64,000 bases of DNA from an uncultured Chloroflexia bacterium (lineage in GTDB: Bacteria; Chloroflexota; Limnocylindria; QHBO01): positions 672,001-736,000 of the forward strand of contig CAWGTN010000002.1 of the NCBI GenBank assembly GCA_963825525.1, given 5' to 3'. Within the stretch, counting starts at the first letter, position 1. Each line of letters starts with the position of its first letter. The position numbers and the translations under genes are program-made. The notes beneath the pieces are model-generated. The model saw only the letters and a program-made list of their open reading frames with translations. It was not told the DNA's origin and searched no databases. Shown piece after piece: positions 1-9,519 of this stretch.

Positions 1-1111
1 CGGTCAGGGTCGCCACGTCCACGATGTGGGTCGCTCCCTGGCGCTCGGCCCAGGTCATGGCATCGGCGAGGATGAGGCGGCCCTCGGCGTCGGTGTTGGT
101 GACCTCGACGGTCATGCCGTTCATCGCCTTCACGACGTCGCCGGGTCGTTGCGCGTTGCCGCCCGGCATGTTCTCGACCATCGGCGCCACGGCCATCAGC
201 GGGGTCTCCGGCGCCAGGCGCGCCACGGTCCGAGCGGCCGCGATGACTGCCGCGGCACCGGACTTGTCGTGCTTCATGTCCCCCATGTTCTCGGCCGGCT
301 TGATGCTGATGCCGCCGGAATCGAAGCACACGCCCTTGCCGACGATCGCCAGCCGCTCGCCACTCGCGGCGGCTTCCCAGCCCGGCAGCTTGATCGCGAT
401 GAGGCGCGGCCCGTGGGTGGCGCCCTGCCCGACGCCGAGGATCAGGTTCATCCCCAGCTTCGCCATCTCGTCGGGATCCAGGATCTCGACCGTGCACCCA
501 TCGGCCTCGAGGGCACGCGCCTCCTCGGCCATGCGCTCGGGGTAGAGGTCGTTCGCCGCGCGGTTGGCGAGGTCGCGGCCGAATGCCACACCGGCACCGA
601 TCTCGGCCCCGCGGTCCAGGGCTTCCTGGGAGCCGGCGCCGACGCACAGGACCTCCTCCACCGAGCGCTTCATGGCGTCGGTGTCCCGCACCCGCCCATA
701 GACGTCGGTGGAGCGGTAGGTACCGGCCACGGCACCGGCCGCGGCCGCCGCCCACGCGTCATCATCCTCGCCGTCGCGCAGCCAGAGCGCCAGGATCCGC
801 GCCGCGCGGCCATTCAGCCGTCGCGTGGCCGCCGCCGCCATGCGTCGCGCTCGCCACGGCCCGCGCCCGCGAGATCCCGCGTTGATCAGAAGCAGGTGGT
901 CGACTGACAGGTCGCCGGCGTCGACCAGGGCCACGGGGTGCTCGATGGGGTTGAACTCACCCCAGCTGATGGCGCGCGAGATGGCGCCGCCGGAGGCCGT
1001 GTCGAGCTCAGCCAGGTCCGCGGCCATGTCCGTGTCCTCTCGGTAGATCGGGACAGCCAGGACGTCTGCCTCGACCGAGGCGGGCGGGCCGGAAATTGCG
1101 CGCAGCCGCAT
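1..1111 (-). CDS. pepA: Leucyl aminopeptidase (M17 family), 3' end runs off window
   Basis: Manual translation from ATG at 1111 (MRLRAISGPP...) contains VGKGVCFDSGGISIKP, MKHDKSGAA and NTDAEGRLILAD M17 motifs; absent from the ORF track because there is no stop in the window. Confidence 0.93.
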   Translation of the reverse strand, partial: MRLRAISGPPASVEADVLAVPIYREDTDMAADLAELDTASGGAISRAISWGEFNPIEHPVALVDAGDLSVDHLLLINAGSRGRGPWRARRMAAAATRRLNGRAARILALWLRDGEDDDAWAAAAAGAVAGTYRSTDVYGRVRDTDAMKRSVEEVLCVGAGSQEALDRGAEIGAGVAFGRDLANRAANDLYPERMAEEARALEADGCTVEILDPDEMAKLGMNLILGVGQGATHGPRLIAIKLPGWEAAASGERLAIVGKGVCFDSGGISIKPAENMGDMKHDKSGAAAVIAAARTVARLAPETPLMAVAPMVENMPGGNAQRPGDVVKAMNGMTVEVTNTDAEGRLILADAMTWAERQGATHIVDVATLT

Positions 1112-1164
1112 GCTGGTAGTGCTCCTCTAGAGTCTTCACTCGGGTGGCGCCGAGTATAGGTCGC

Positions 1165-2547
1165 CTATCGGCAGTCGGAGATGCGTGCGGAGAACATCGT
1201 GAATCTGCTCCCGGGCGGTACCGTCGTGCCGGCCGCAGGTTCCTGGCCGATGATCCCTTCCGGCCGGTCGGGATCTTCGGCACACTGGACGGTCCAGTTC
1301 AGCCCCGCTTGCTGCGCGGCCGCAATGGCGTCCGGGGTCGAGCGGCCGACGAGATCCGGCACCGTGACGCGCCCGGGCACCGCCGACGCCGTGGGCTGCG
1401 CGGACGCGCTCGGGGAGCCGTCACTCCCGCCATTCCCCTGCCCGATGAGCAGCTGAGCCACCAGCACCAGCACGACAGCCACAGCCGCAAGAATCACCAG
1501 GCTGCCGGCGCTCCGGGCCAGCCACGGACGCCGGCCGGGGCTCCCACCACGACGAGGGCGCGGCGCCGATGCGACCGACCGTGGTCGGGGCACGGGCGGC
1601 TCGGGCGGTGCCGCCGGTGGCACGTACCCGGCCCCCATGGCCGGTCGAGGCGCCCGGAGCTCGGCCCGGGCGATGACCCGGGTCTCATCGGCCTCGTTTG
1701 CGGGCGCCGACGGTGTCGGGACCTGCTCAACCACGGACTCGAGCGCTCGGTCCATGGCTTCAGCCGACCCGAAGCGCGAGGCTGGTTCCCGGCGCAGTGC
1801 CTGAAGAATGGCGTCGTCCAGGCGTCCGGGCAGGCCGCCGACAAGCTCGGACGGGCGCTGGACCGCTCCGGCAAGGTGGGCGGCGTCGATCTCCTCCGGA
1901 GTTCGGCCGACGTAGGGCTGGCGACCCGTGAGCGCCTCGTACAGAACCACCCCCAGGCTGAACAGGTCGCTCGCCCCCGTGAGCGCCTCGCCATGAAGTT
2001 GCTCCGGCGACATGTAGGGCAACGATCCGATGCTCGTGTCGCCGGCGAGTGCCTGGTTCGGCGGACGCGCGATGCCGAAGTCGATGAGCTTGGCGGGACC
2101 GGGGCCCAACATCACGTTCCCCGACTTCACGTCGCAATGGACCAGGCCGCGAGCGTGCACCACGCGCAATCCGGCCAGGAGCTCTCGGCCGATGGCCAGG
2201 ACGCGTTCAGCCGGCAGCGGCCCGTCGGACTCGAGCAGCTCTTTCAGCGAGCGGTGCTGATCCAGGAGCTCCATGACGATGTAGTGGGCATCGCCGTCGG
2301 ATCCGGAGTCGTAGACGTGGACCAGGCTGGGGTGCGAGAGCGATCCTGCGGCCCGTGCCTCCGCCAGGAACTGGTCGACAAAGGCAGGGTCGTCCGCGTA
2401 CGGGGGCGAAAGGACCTTGACCGCGACGTCGCGCTCGAGGCGCTCGTCCCGCGCACGGAAGACGCGCGCCATGCCACCCCGTGCCAGCGGGGCGACGATC
2501 CGATAGCGGTCCGCCAGGATGCGGCCGTCGAGCGCCTCGCCGTTCAT
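1165..2547 (-). CDS. Membrane Ser/Thr protein kinase with C-terminal PASTA domain
   Basis: RGGMARV, VAVK, HCDVKSGN, DFG, YMSPE motifs; Pro-rich linker, TM helix, VTVPDLVG...QEPAAG PASTA; ATG overlaps the upstream stop (ATGA). Confidence 0.92.
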   Translation of the reverse strand: MNGEALDGRILADRYRIVAPLARGGMARVFRARDERLERDVAVKVLSPPYADDPAFVDQFLAEARAAGSLSHPSLVHVYDSGSDGDAHYIVMELLDQHRSLKELLESDGPLPAERVLAIGRELLAGLRVVHARGLVHCDVKSGNVMLGPGPAKLIDFGIARPPNQALAGDTSIGSLPYMSPEQLHGEALTGASDLFSLGVVLYEALTGRQPYVGRTPEEIDAAHLAGAVQRPSELVGGLPGRLDDAILQALRREPASRFGSAEAMDRALESVVEQVPTPSAPANEADETRVIARAELRAPRPAMGAGYVPPAAPPEPPVPRPRSVASAPRPRRGGSPGRRPWLARSAGSLVILAAVAVVLVLVAQLLIGQGNGGSDGSPSASAQPTASAVPGRVTVPDLVGRSTPDAIAAAQQAGLNWTVQCAEDPDRPEGIIGQEPAAGTTVPPGSRFTMFSARISDCR

Positions 2548-3398
2548 TCGGCCGCGGCCGCGATGCGAGCGTCCTGGATGTCGGCGAGCGCTGAGGCGAG
2601 TCGTTCCAGTGGCGGGGCGAGCACCGACGAACCGCCTTCTCCCATGGCGATGCGAAGCGCACGGTCGGCGCGCGCGGCATCGGCCCCGAGCGCGGCGAAC
2701 TCCTCGGCGGCGAGCTCGGCGGCGGCCGCGTCCCCCTGGCGAACGGCGTCCACGATGTGCTGCACGGCGCTGATCATGGCATCGGTGGTCTCGAGCCACA
2801 CGGGCAGGGTGACGAGATCAACATCCCAGGCCGCAATCGTCGCGTGATCGGAGCGTGCCCGAGCCACGAGTGCCGAACCACCCTCCACGTCCCCATCCGC
2901 GAGGGCCGCGAGCGCCTCATCGAGGATGGTCGGGATCCCGGTCGCGATCTGGCGCATGGCGGCGAAGGCGTCAGCGGCGTCGGCCGACGCACGCATCTGG
3001 GCCGCGATCGACTCCAGCTCACCGACCGCGGTCGGATACGCGGGGAGCGGCCCTCCCGGACGGCGGGCGTCCGATGCGGCAGCGAGGTCGGCCACCGCGC
3101 TGCGAGCTGCCTGCACGCCGTTCTCGGCCTCCGCCGTCAGCTCGGCGGCGGCGTGGACATGGGTCGAGGGAGCCTCGTCACCCGCCACCACGGCCGCCCC
3201 CGCCCGACGAGCCTCATCGAGCGCGATGGTGACCGCGTCCTCGAGCGCGGCGATCTGCTCCTCGGCGTGCGCTGCCCGAACGGCGACAAGCCTGTCGGAA
3301 ACCGCGGCGAGCCCCGGATCGGCGCCGCGCGGTGACAGGGCCACGATCAGGGCCGTGACGGCCAGCGCGACCACCGGGCGCCGTCCCGTTCGTATCAT
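2544..3398 (-). CDS. Hypothetical Ala-rich helical exported protein
   Basis: 284-aa ORF, hydrophobic N-terminus, stop overlaps kinase start; true start uncertain. Confidence 0.7.
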   Translation of the reverse strand: MIRTGRRPVVALAVTALIVALSPRGADPGLAAVSDRLVAVRAAHAEEQIAALEDAVTIALDEARRAGAAVVAGDEAPSTHVHAAAELTAEAENGVQAARSAVADLAAASDARRPGGPLPAYPTAVGELESIAAQMRASADAADAFAAMRQIATGIPTILDEALAALADGDVEGGSALVARARSDHATIAAWDVDLVTLPVWLETTDAMISAVQHIVDAVRQGDAAAAELAAEEFAALGADAARADRALRIAMGEGGSSVLAPPLERLASALADIQDARIAAAAE

Positions 3399-3404
3399 GG
3401 GCGG

Positions 3405-4445
3405 ATGTACACGGCCGACGAACTCCGGTCACTGCCCAAGGCGGAGCTGCACCAGCACCTCGACGGATCGATGCGCCCGGAGACCGCTGCCGAGCTGGCG
3501 AACGAGCTCGGTATCGACCTGACCGTGGACGATGCGCGGCGCCGCATGGCCGCGCCCGAGCGCTGCGCGAGCCAGGCGGAGTTGCTGACGTATTTCGACC
3601 TGCCGATCTCGCTGCTGCAGACGGAGCGCGCCCTCGAACGGACCAGTGCCGAACTGGTCGAGGATCTCGCGACCGACGGCATCCGGTACGCGGAGATTCG
3701 ATGGGCGCCGCGACTGCATCTCGATGAGGGCCTGGGGGTCCGTGCCGTCCTCGATGCGGTGGGTGCGGGAGTTGCCCGCGGCATCCGGAACGCCGGCGCC
3801 GAGGCACCCGAGATCGGGCTGATCGTGACCGCCATGCGTTCCCACCCGCCCGCGGCGAACGTGGAGCTGGCCCGCACGGCGGGCGCGGCTGGGGCTCCCA
3901 TCGTCGGGTTCGATCTGGCGGGACCGGAGGAAGCCTGGCCGGCCCCGCCCCACGCTGCGGCCTTCGTTGCCGCGCGGGATGCGGGCTTGAGCCTCACCGC
4001 CCACGCCGGCGAGGTGGCGGGCGCGCAGCGTGTCCGCGAGGTCCTGGACTTCGGTGTTCGCCGCGTCGCCCACGGGGTCACGGCCGCCGGCGATGACACG
4101 CTGCTCCAGCTGCTGCGGGCGCGCGACATCACGCTCGATCTGTGTCCCACCTCGAACGTCCAGGCCGGTGTCGTGGCATCGCTGGCTGACCACCCGCTGG
4201 CAGCGCTCCATCGGGCCGGCGTCAGTGTCACGATCTCCACCGACGACCGCACGGTCACCGGCACCACGCTCAGCGACGAGATCGCGCGTACCGCGGGCGC
4301 GCTGGGGATGTCGCGGGCCGAGGTGGCGGCGGTCGCCCTCAATGCCTTCGCGCGTGCCTTCGGTCCGTCGTCGGCCCTTGCGCCACTCCGAGCCGACGCG
4401 GCGCGAGCGTGGGACACCTGGCGCTCGGTGGGTGACATCAGCTGA
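3405..4445 (+). CDS. add: Adenosine/adenine deaminase
   Basis: PKAELHQHLDGS, FDLAGPE, TAHAGE, CPTSN, STDD motifs. Confidence 0.92.
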   Translation: MYTADELRSLPKAELHQHLDGSMRPETAAELANELGIDLTVDDARRRMAAPERCASQAELLTYFDLPISLLQTERALERTSAELVEDLATDGIRYAEIRWAPRLHLDEGLGVRAVLDAVGAGVARGIRNAGAEAPEIGLIVTAMRSHPPAANVELARTAGAAGAPIVGFDLAGPEEAWPAPPHAAAFVAARDAGLSLTAHAGEVAGAQRVREVLDFGVRRVAHGVTAAGDDTLLQLLRARDITLDLCPTSNVQAGVVASLADHPLAALHRAGVSVTISTDDRTVTGTTLSDEIARTAGALGMSRAEVAAVALNAFARAFGPSSALAPLRADAARAWDTWRSVGDIS

Positions 4446-5286
4446 GGCGCGACGCGAGCAGCTCGAGCACCGCCGCGGGATCGGCAGCAACGGCGTCCGG
4501 GCGTCGCTCGCCCGTCAACGCCCCCGCGCTCAGCGCATCGGCGACGCCGGTCAGCACCAGGATCGATCCACAGCCCGCTCGCCTGGCTCCCACGATGTCC
4601 GCGTCGGGGTTGTCACCGACGACCACCGCAGCATCGGCCGGGACACCGCTGGACTCGAGGATCGCCTCGAACATGGCCGGCGATGGTTTGCCGATGACCT
4701 GCGGAACCCTCCCGGTGGCGGTGGCCAGCGCCGCCACGATTGAGCCGGCGCCCGGCAGAAAGCCCTCGGCGGTTGGATAGCGCGCGTCCGCGTTCGTTGC
4801 GATGAGACGAGCCCCGTCGGCCACGGCTCGCATGGCAACGGCCAGCCGGCCGTAGTCGAGCTCCGGGTCGAGGCCAACGATCACGGCGTCGAACCGCTTG
4901 GTCAGGGGTCCTCCGGGCGCGGTCGGCTCCTCATCGGACGCCATGGTCACCGACAGGCCGGCGGTCATCAGCTCCTGTCGCATCCCGTCGGCTCCGATCA
5001 CCAGCACGCTCCGCACATCAGGCTCGTGCCGCCTGAGATGCTCGACGGTCGCCGATGTCGAGGTGACGATCTCCTCGGCGGTGGTCCGTATGCCCATGGC
5101 CGCGAGGCGTTCGACGTATCCCTCGCGGGCAACCATCGAGTTGTTCGTGGCAAAGCGCACCAGGACCCCGCGCCGATGCATCTCCGCCACCAGCTCCGAT
5201 GCGCCGGGCACCGGCTCCGCGCCGCGATAGATCACGCCATCGAGATCGAAGATCACCAGCCGAGCGATGTCGGGAAGCGGGCTCAT
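4438..5286 (-). CDS. HAD-IIA (NagD-like) nucleotide phosphatase
   Basis: IFDLDGVIY, TNNS, GKPS, VGDNPDADI motifs; TATCAT -10 box 8 nt before ATG 5286. Confidence 0.9.
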   Translation of the reverse strand: MSPLPDIARLVIFDLDGVIYRGAEPVPGASELVAEMHRRGVLVRFATNNSMVAREGYVERLAAMGIRTTAEEIVTSTSATVEHLRRHEPDVRSVLVIGADGMRQELMTAGLSVTMASDEEPTAPGGPLTKRFDAVIVGLDPELDYGRLAVAMRAVADGARLIATNADARYPTAEGFLPGAGSIVAALATATGRVPQVIGKPSPAMFEAILESSGVPADAAVVVGDNPDADIVGARRAGCGSILVLTGVADALSAGALTGERRPDAVAADPAAVLELLASRLS

Positions 5287-5323
5287 GCCGCGCGATGATA
5301 CGTGCGCCGGTGCGACCTGGACC

Positions 5324-5352
5324 TTGAGCCTGCGTTGGGCAGGAAGTATGAT
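5324..5352 (+). promoter_or_regulatory. Sigma70-type promoter of the nucleoside ABC operon
   Basis: TTGAGC-17 nt-TATGAT upstream of GGAGG/ATG 5447. Confidence 0.6.
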
Positions 5353-5446
5353 GCCGCAGATTCTGCGCCAGGTGCCCATGGCCCGAGCGCACCGGAGGCG
5401 CCGCGCGATTTGCGGCAGTACGCACCAGTTGGTGTGGAGGAAACAG

Positions 5447-6583
5447 ATGCGGAAGTCCCCCAGCTCAATGATGGCCATCCTGGCCGTCCTGATGCTGATT
5501 CTTGCGGCCTGCACGGGTGGCGGCGAAAGCCCCTCAGCCAGCGCCGAGTCCCAGGCACCGGAGTCGACGGCTCCCCAGAGCGAGGCTCCGAGTGAAAGCG
5601 CGGCGCCCGAAGCCGATTACAAGGCCTGCATGGTGAGCGACACCGGCGGCATCGACGACAACAGCTTCAATGAGAATGCCTGGAAGGGCATGCAGGATGC
5701 GGAGGCCGATCTCGGCGTCGAGGTCAAGTTCCTCGAGTCCCGCAGCACCGAGGACTATGCCCGCAACATCGACCAGTTCGTCAGCGAAGACTGCGACCTG
5801 ATCGTGACGGTCGGCTTCCTCCTCGGCGACGCCACGGCAGCGGCCGCGGCCGCGAACCCCGACACGCGGTTCGCGATCGTCGACTTCGCCTACGACCCGG
5901 CGCTCCCGAACGTCGAGGGCCTCGTCTACAGCACCGCCGAGGGCGCAATGCTCGCCGGCTATGCCTCGGCCTCGTGGTCGAAGACCGGCATCGTCGGCAC
6001 CTTCGGCGGCATCAATATCGGCCCTGGCGTGACCGACTTCATGGACGGCTTCATCGCCGGCGTGAACTACTGGAACGAGCAGAAGGGCGAAGACGTCCGC
6101 GTGCTCGGTGGCCGCGTTCCGACCGATCCCGAGTCGGGCACCTTCACCGGTAACTTCGACAGCACCGACGATGCGAAGAACGTCACCATCGCCATGCTGC
6201 AGGAGGGCGCCGACGTGATCCTCCCGGTCGGTGGCCCGATCGGCGGCGGCACCTTCGCGGCGATCGAGGAGCAGGCAGCTGACGCGGTCGGCCTCGGCGT
6301 CGACGTGGACTGGACGGAGAGCGCTCCGCAGTTCACCGAGCTGCTGCTCACCAGCGTGATCAAGCGGATCGACAACTCCGTCTACCAGGCGATCGAGCGG
6401 GCACTGAACGGCGACGCACCGCAGCCGGTGTTCGTCAGCACGCTCGAGAACGAAGGCGTCGGGATCGCTCCGTTCCACGATTACGAGGACCAGATCGACC
6501 AGGAGGTCAAGGACGAGATCGCAGCCCTCTCGGAGGCGATCATCGCCGGCGACATCGTGCCGTCGGACTTCTACGGCGAATAG
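5447..6583 (+). CDS. BMP-family nucleoside ABC transporter substrate-binding lipoprotein
   Basis: Lipobox LAAC, DTGGIDDNSFNENAWKG, GVDVD, TSVIKRID; SD GGAGG. Confidence 0.92.
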   Translation: MRKSPSSMMAILAVLMLILAACTGGGESPSASAESQAPESTAPQSEAPSESAAPEADYKACMVSDTGGIDDNSFNENAWKGMQDAEADLGVEVKFLESRSTEDYARNIDQFVSEDCDLIVTVGFLLGDATAAAAAANPDTRFAIVDFAYDPALPNVEGLVYSTAEGAMLAGYASASWSKTGIVGTFGGINIGPGVTDFMDGFIAGVNYWNEQKGEDVRVLGGRVPTDPESGTFTGNFDSTDDAKNVTIAMLQEGADVILPVGGPIGGGTFAAIEEQAADAVGLGVDVDWTESAPQFTELLLTSVIKRIDNSVYQAIERALNGDAPQPVFVSTLENEGVGIAPFHDYEDQIDQEVKDEIAALSEAIIAGDIVPSDFYGE

Positions 6584-6612
6584 GGGAACCTGACCACAGG
6601 GTCAGCTAATGT

Positions 6613-6645
6613 GAACGGGCGGCGTCCACCAGGCGCCGCCCGTTC
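6613..6645 (+). terminator. GC-rich stem-loop after the SBP gene (attenuator or mRNA stabiliser)
   Basis: GAACGGGCGGCG...CGCCGCCCGTTC inverted repeat. Confidence 0.65.
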
Positions 6646-6668
6646 TGTACACCGGAGCAGGGATCCAC

Positions 6669-8249
6669 GTGAAGCTCGAGCTGCGGGGAATCACCAAGCG
6701 CTTTCCCGGCGTTGTCGCGAACGAGGACGTCGATCTCGTCGTGCAGCCCGGGGAGATTCACGCGCTGCTCGGTGAGAACGGCGCCGGCAAGTCGACCCTC
6801 ATGAACGTGCTCTACGGCCTGTACCAGCCTGACGAGGGCGAGATCCTGATCGACGGAAAGCCAGTCAGGTTCGGCGGTCCCGCCAATGCGATCGCGGCAG
6901 GCATCGGCATGGTCCACCAGCATTTCATGCTCGTCCCGGTGTTCACGGTGACCGAGAACATCATGCTCGGGGTGGAGTCGACAAAGATGCCGTTCGGCCG
7001 GCTCGACAAGGCGGCGGCCCGGCGCAGGCTCATGGACATCTCGGACCGCCACGGGCTGAAGGTTGATCCCGACGCCGTGGTCGAGGACCTGTCGGTCGGG
7101 GTCCGGCAGCGCGTCGAGATCATCAAGACGCTCTATCGCTGGTCGGACGTTCTCATTCTCGACGAGCCCACCGCCGTCCTCACGCCCCAGGAGACCGACG
7201 AGCTCATCGAGGTCATGCGCTCGCTGATCGAGATCGGAACCTCGATCATCTTCATCACCCACAAGCTCAACGAAGTGCTCGAGATCGCCGATCGCATCAC
7301 CGTGCTGCGACGCGGCAAGGTGGCTGGCACCACCACGCCCGCGGAGACGACCGAGGAAGAGCTGGCGGCCATGATGGTCGGCCGTGACGTCCAGCTGACC
7401 GTCGATCGAGAGCCGGCGAAGCCCGGCGAGCCCGTCCTCGAGGTGCACGATCTCGTCGTCCGAGACGAACGCGGCCACCCGGCGGTCGACCACCTGGACC
7501 TCGTCGTCCACGCGGGCGAGATCCTGGCGATCGCCGGTGTGCAGGGCAATGGACAGAGCGAGCTCGTCCAGGCGCTGACCGGCATGCGCGAGCCGGACAG
7601 CGGAAGCGTCACGCTGAACGGCGAGCCGCTCGGCAAGGACCCGCGCACGGTCTACCGGGCCGGTGTCGCGCACGTGCCGGAGGATCGGATGGAGGACGGG
7701 CTGATCTCGGACTTCACGATCGCGGATAACCTCGTGCTCAACGGGTACTGGAACGAGCCGTTCTCGAATGGGCTCGCGCTGAACGGGGCGGCGATTGCCG
7801 AATCGGCCACCAAGCTGGTGGCCGAATTCGACGTCCGCACCCCGTCGATCTTCAACAGCGTCGGGAACCTGTCGGGCGGTAACCAGCAGAAGGTCATCGC
7901 CGCGCGCGAGTTCTCGCGACCGAACAAGCTCATCGTCGCAGCCCAGCCGACGCGTGGCCTCGACGTCGGTTCGATCGAGTACATCCACCGCCGCATCGTC
8001 GAGAAGCGCGATGAGGGGGCGGCCGTGCTCATCGTGTCGAGCGAGCTCGACGAGGTCCTGGCCCTCGGCGATCGGATCGCCGTCATGTACCAGGGCCGGA
8101 TCGTCGACATCCTCTCGCCGCAGGAGGCGACCATGGAGCGCCTGGGCCTGCTCATGGGCGGGGCAACGCCGAAGGATGCCGATGGCGCAGTCGCAACGCC
8201 ATCGCGGGCGGCCGAGCCCGTGGAAACAGGAGCATCCGATGACAGCTGA
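6669..8249 (+). CDS. Nucleoside/sugar ABC transporter ATP-binding protein (two NBDs)
   Basis: GENGAGKST, ILDEPTAVL, LSGGNQQK, QPTRGLD. Confidence 0.95.
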   Translation: MKLELRGITKRFPGVVANEDVDLVVQPGEIHALLGENGAGKSTLMNVLYGLYQPDEGEILIDGKPVRFGGPANAIAAGIGMVHQHFMLVPVFTVTENIMLGVESTKMPFGRLDKAAARRRLMDISDRHGLKVDPDAVVEDLSVGVRQRVEIIKTLYRWSDVLILDEPTAVLTPQETDELIEVMRSLIEIGTSIIFITHKLNEVLEIADRITVLRRGKVAGTTTPAETTEEELAAMMVGRDVQLTVDREPAKPGEPVLEVHDLVVRDERGHPAVDHLDLVVHAGEILAIAGVQGNGQSELVQALTGMREPDSGSVTLNGEPLGKDPRTVYRAGVAHVPEDRMEDGLISDFTIADNLVLNGYWNEPFSNGLALNGAAIAESATKLVAEFDVRTPSIFNSVGNLSGGNQQKVIAAREFSRPNKLIVAAQPTRGLDVGSIEYIHRRIVEKRDEGAAVLIVSSELDEVLALGDRIAVMYQGRIVDILSPQEATMERLGLLMGGATPKDADGAVATPSRAAEPVETGASDDS

Positions 8250-9519
8250 CACGCCGGAGGCGGCAGTGGCGCCGGAGCCACCAGAGGCACCGGAGCCACC
8301 GGATGCAGCGACCGTGACGGCGCAACGGAGCCGCTGGTCGGCACTGAGCGGAATCCTTCTGCCGGCGCTGGCACTCCTGACGGCGTTCATCGTGGGCGCG
8401 ATCATCCTGATCGCCACGGACTTCGAGCTGCTGGGCCTGTGGACGTCGGATCCGGCGAGCGCGGTGGGTGCGTCATGGAATGCCGTGACCGACACCTATG
8501 GCGCGCTCCTGCGGGGCTCGATCGGCGATCCGGGGCGACTCATCGGGGCACTCCTGGCACTCGATTGGGACGGAGTCCGGTCGGCGTTCGGACCGCTGTC
8601 GGAGACCATTGTCTCGACCACGCCCCTGATCTTCACCGGCCTGTCAGTCGCGCTCGCCTTCCGCGTGGGTCTCTTCAACATCGGCGCCGAGGGCCAGCTC
8701 TACCTCGGAGGCCTCACCGCGGTCATCGTGGGCTTCAGCCTTGTCGGGCTCCCGTGGTTCGTGCATCTGCCGCTGGCCATCCTGGCGGGCTTCGCAGGTG
8801 GGGCCCTGTGGGGTGCCATCCCCGGCATCCTCAAAGCTCGCACCGGTGCGCACGAGGTGATCGTGACGATCATGCTGAACTTCGTCGCGTACAACCTCAT
8901 CAACTGGTCCCTGCGCACCGCACTGGTCCAACGCGAGGGCCGATCCGATCCGATCTCGAAGATCGTGCAGGAGAGCGCGGTCATCCCGTCGCTCATCAAC
9001 GGCCTGCGGGCGAACTGGGGCATCGTTCTGGCCCTGGCAGCCACGCTCGCCGTCTGGTGGCTACTCTTCCGGTCCACCAAGGGCTTCGAGTTCCGGGCCG
9101 TCGGGTTCAACCCGCGCGCCGCGCGCTACGCGGGCATCAGCATCGCGTGGTCGACGGTCATGTCGATGATGATTGCGGGCGGCCTGGCCGGACTGGCTGG
9201 CACCGTGGTCATCCTGGGCGGCTCGGGCAGCCTCTCCCCGGGCTTCTCGCCCGGATACGGGTTTGACGGCATCGTGGTGGCGCTGGTGGGCGCAAATCGG
9301 CCGCTCGGGGTCGTGGCGGCCGCCTTCCTGTTCGGAGCGCTCCGTGCCGGCGCAACGCCGATGCAGGCCGCCACCGGCACGCCGATCGACATCGTGGTCG
9401 TGATCCAGGCGCTCGTGATCATGTTCATCGCCGCCCCGGCCCTGGTCCGCGCGATCTACCGCATCCGGGCCGAGCGGCAGATGAGTGCTGAAGTCTTCGC
9501 GAAGGGATGGGGATCGTGA
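8239..9519 (+). CDS. Nucleoside ABC transporter permease
   Basis: GLFNIGAEGQ, HEVIVTIMLN, GFDGIVVALVG. Confidence 0.93.
   Translation: MTADTPEAAVAPEPPEAPEPPDAATVTAQRSRWSALSGILLPALALLTAFIVGAIILIATDFELLGLWTSDPASAVGASWNAVTDTYGALLRGSIGDPGRLIGALLALDWDGVRSAFGPLSETIVSTTPLIFTGLSVALAFRVGLFNIGAEGQLYLGGLTAVIVGFSLVGLPWFVHLPLAILAGFAGGALWGAIPGILKARTGAHEVIVTIMLNFVAYNLINWSLRTALVQREGRSDPISKIVQESAVIPSLINGLRANWGIVLALAATLAVWWLLFRSTKGFEFRAVGFNPRAARYAGISIAWSTVMSMMIAGGLAGLAGTVVILGGSGSLSPGFSPGYGFDGIVVALVGANRPLGVVAAAFLFGALRAGATPMQAATGTPIDIVVVIQALVIMFIAAPALVRAIYRIRAERQMSAEVFAKGWGS
8272..8307 (+). repeat. Four imperfect 9-bp tandem repeats encoding PEPPEAPEPPDA
   Basis: ccggagcca ccagaggca ccggagcca ccggatgca. Confidence 0.6.

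Noticed and set aside
24-907. Plus-strand ORFs 24..545 and 26..907
   Set aside because: Antisense shadows of pepA, which has clear M17 motifs on the minus strand
8272-8307. Tandem 9-bp repeats as a CRISPR or contingency locus
   Set aside because: In-frame, imperfect, no spacers; encodes a Pro/Glu linker
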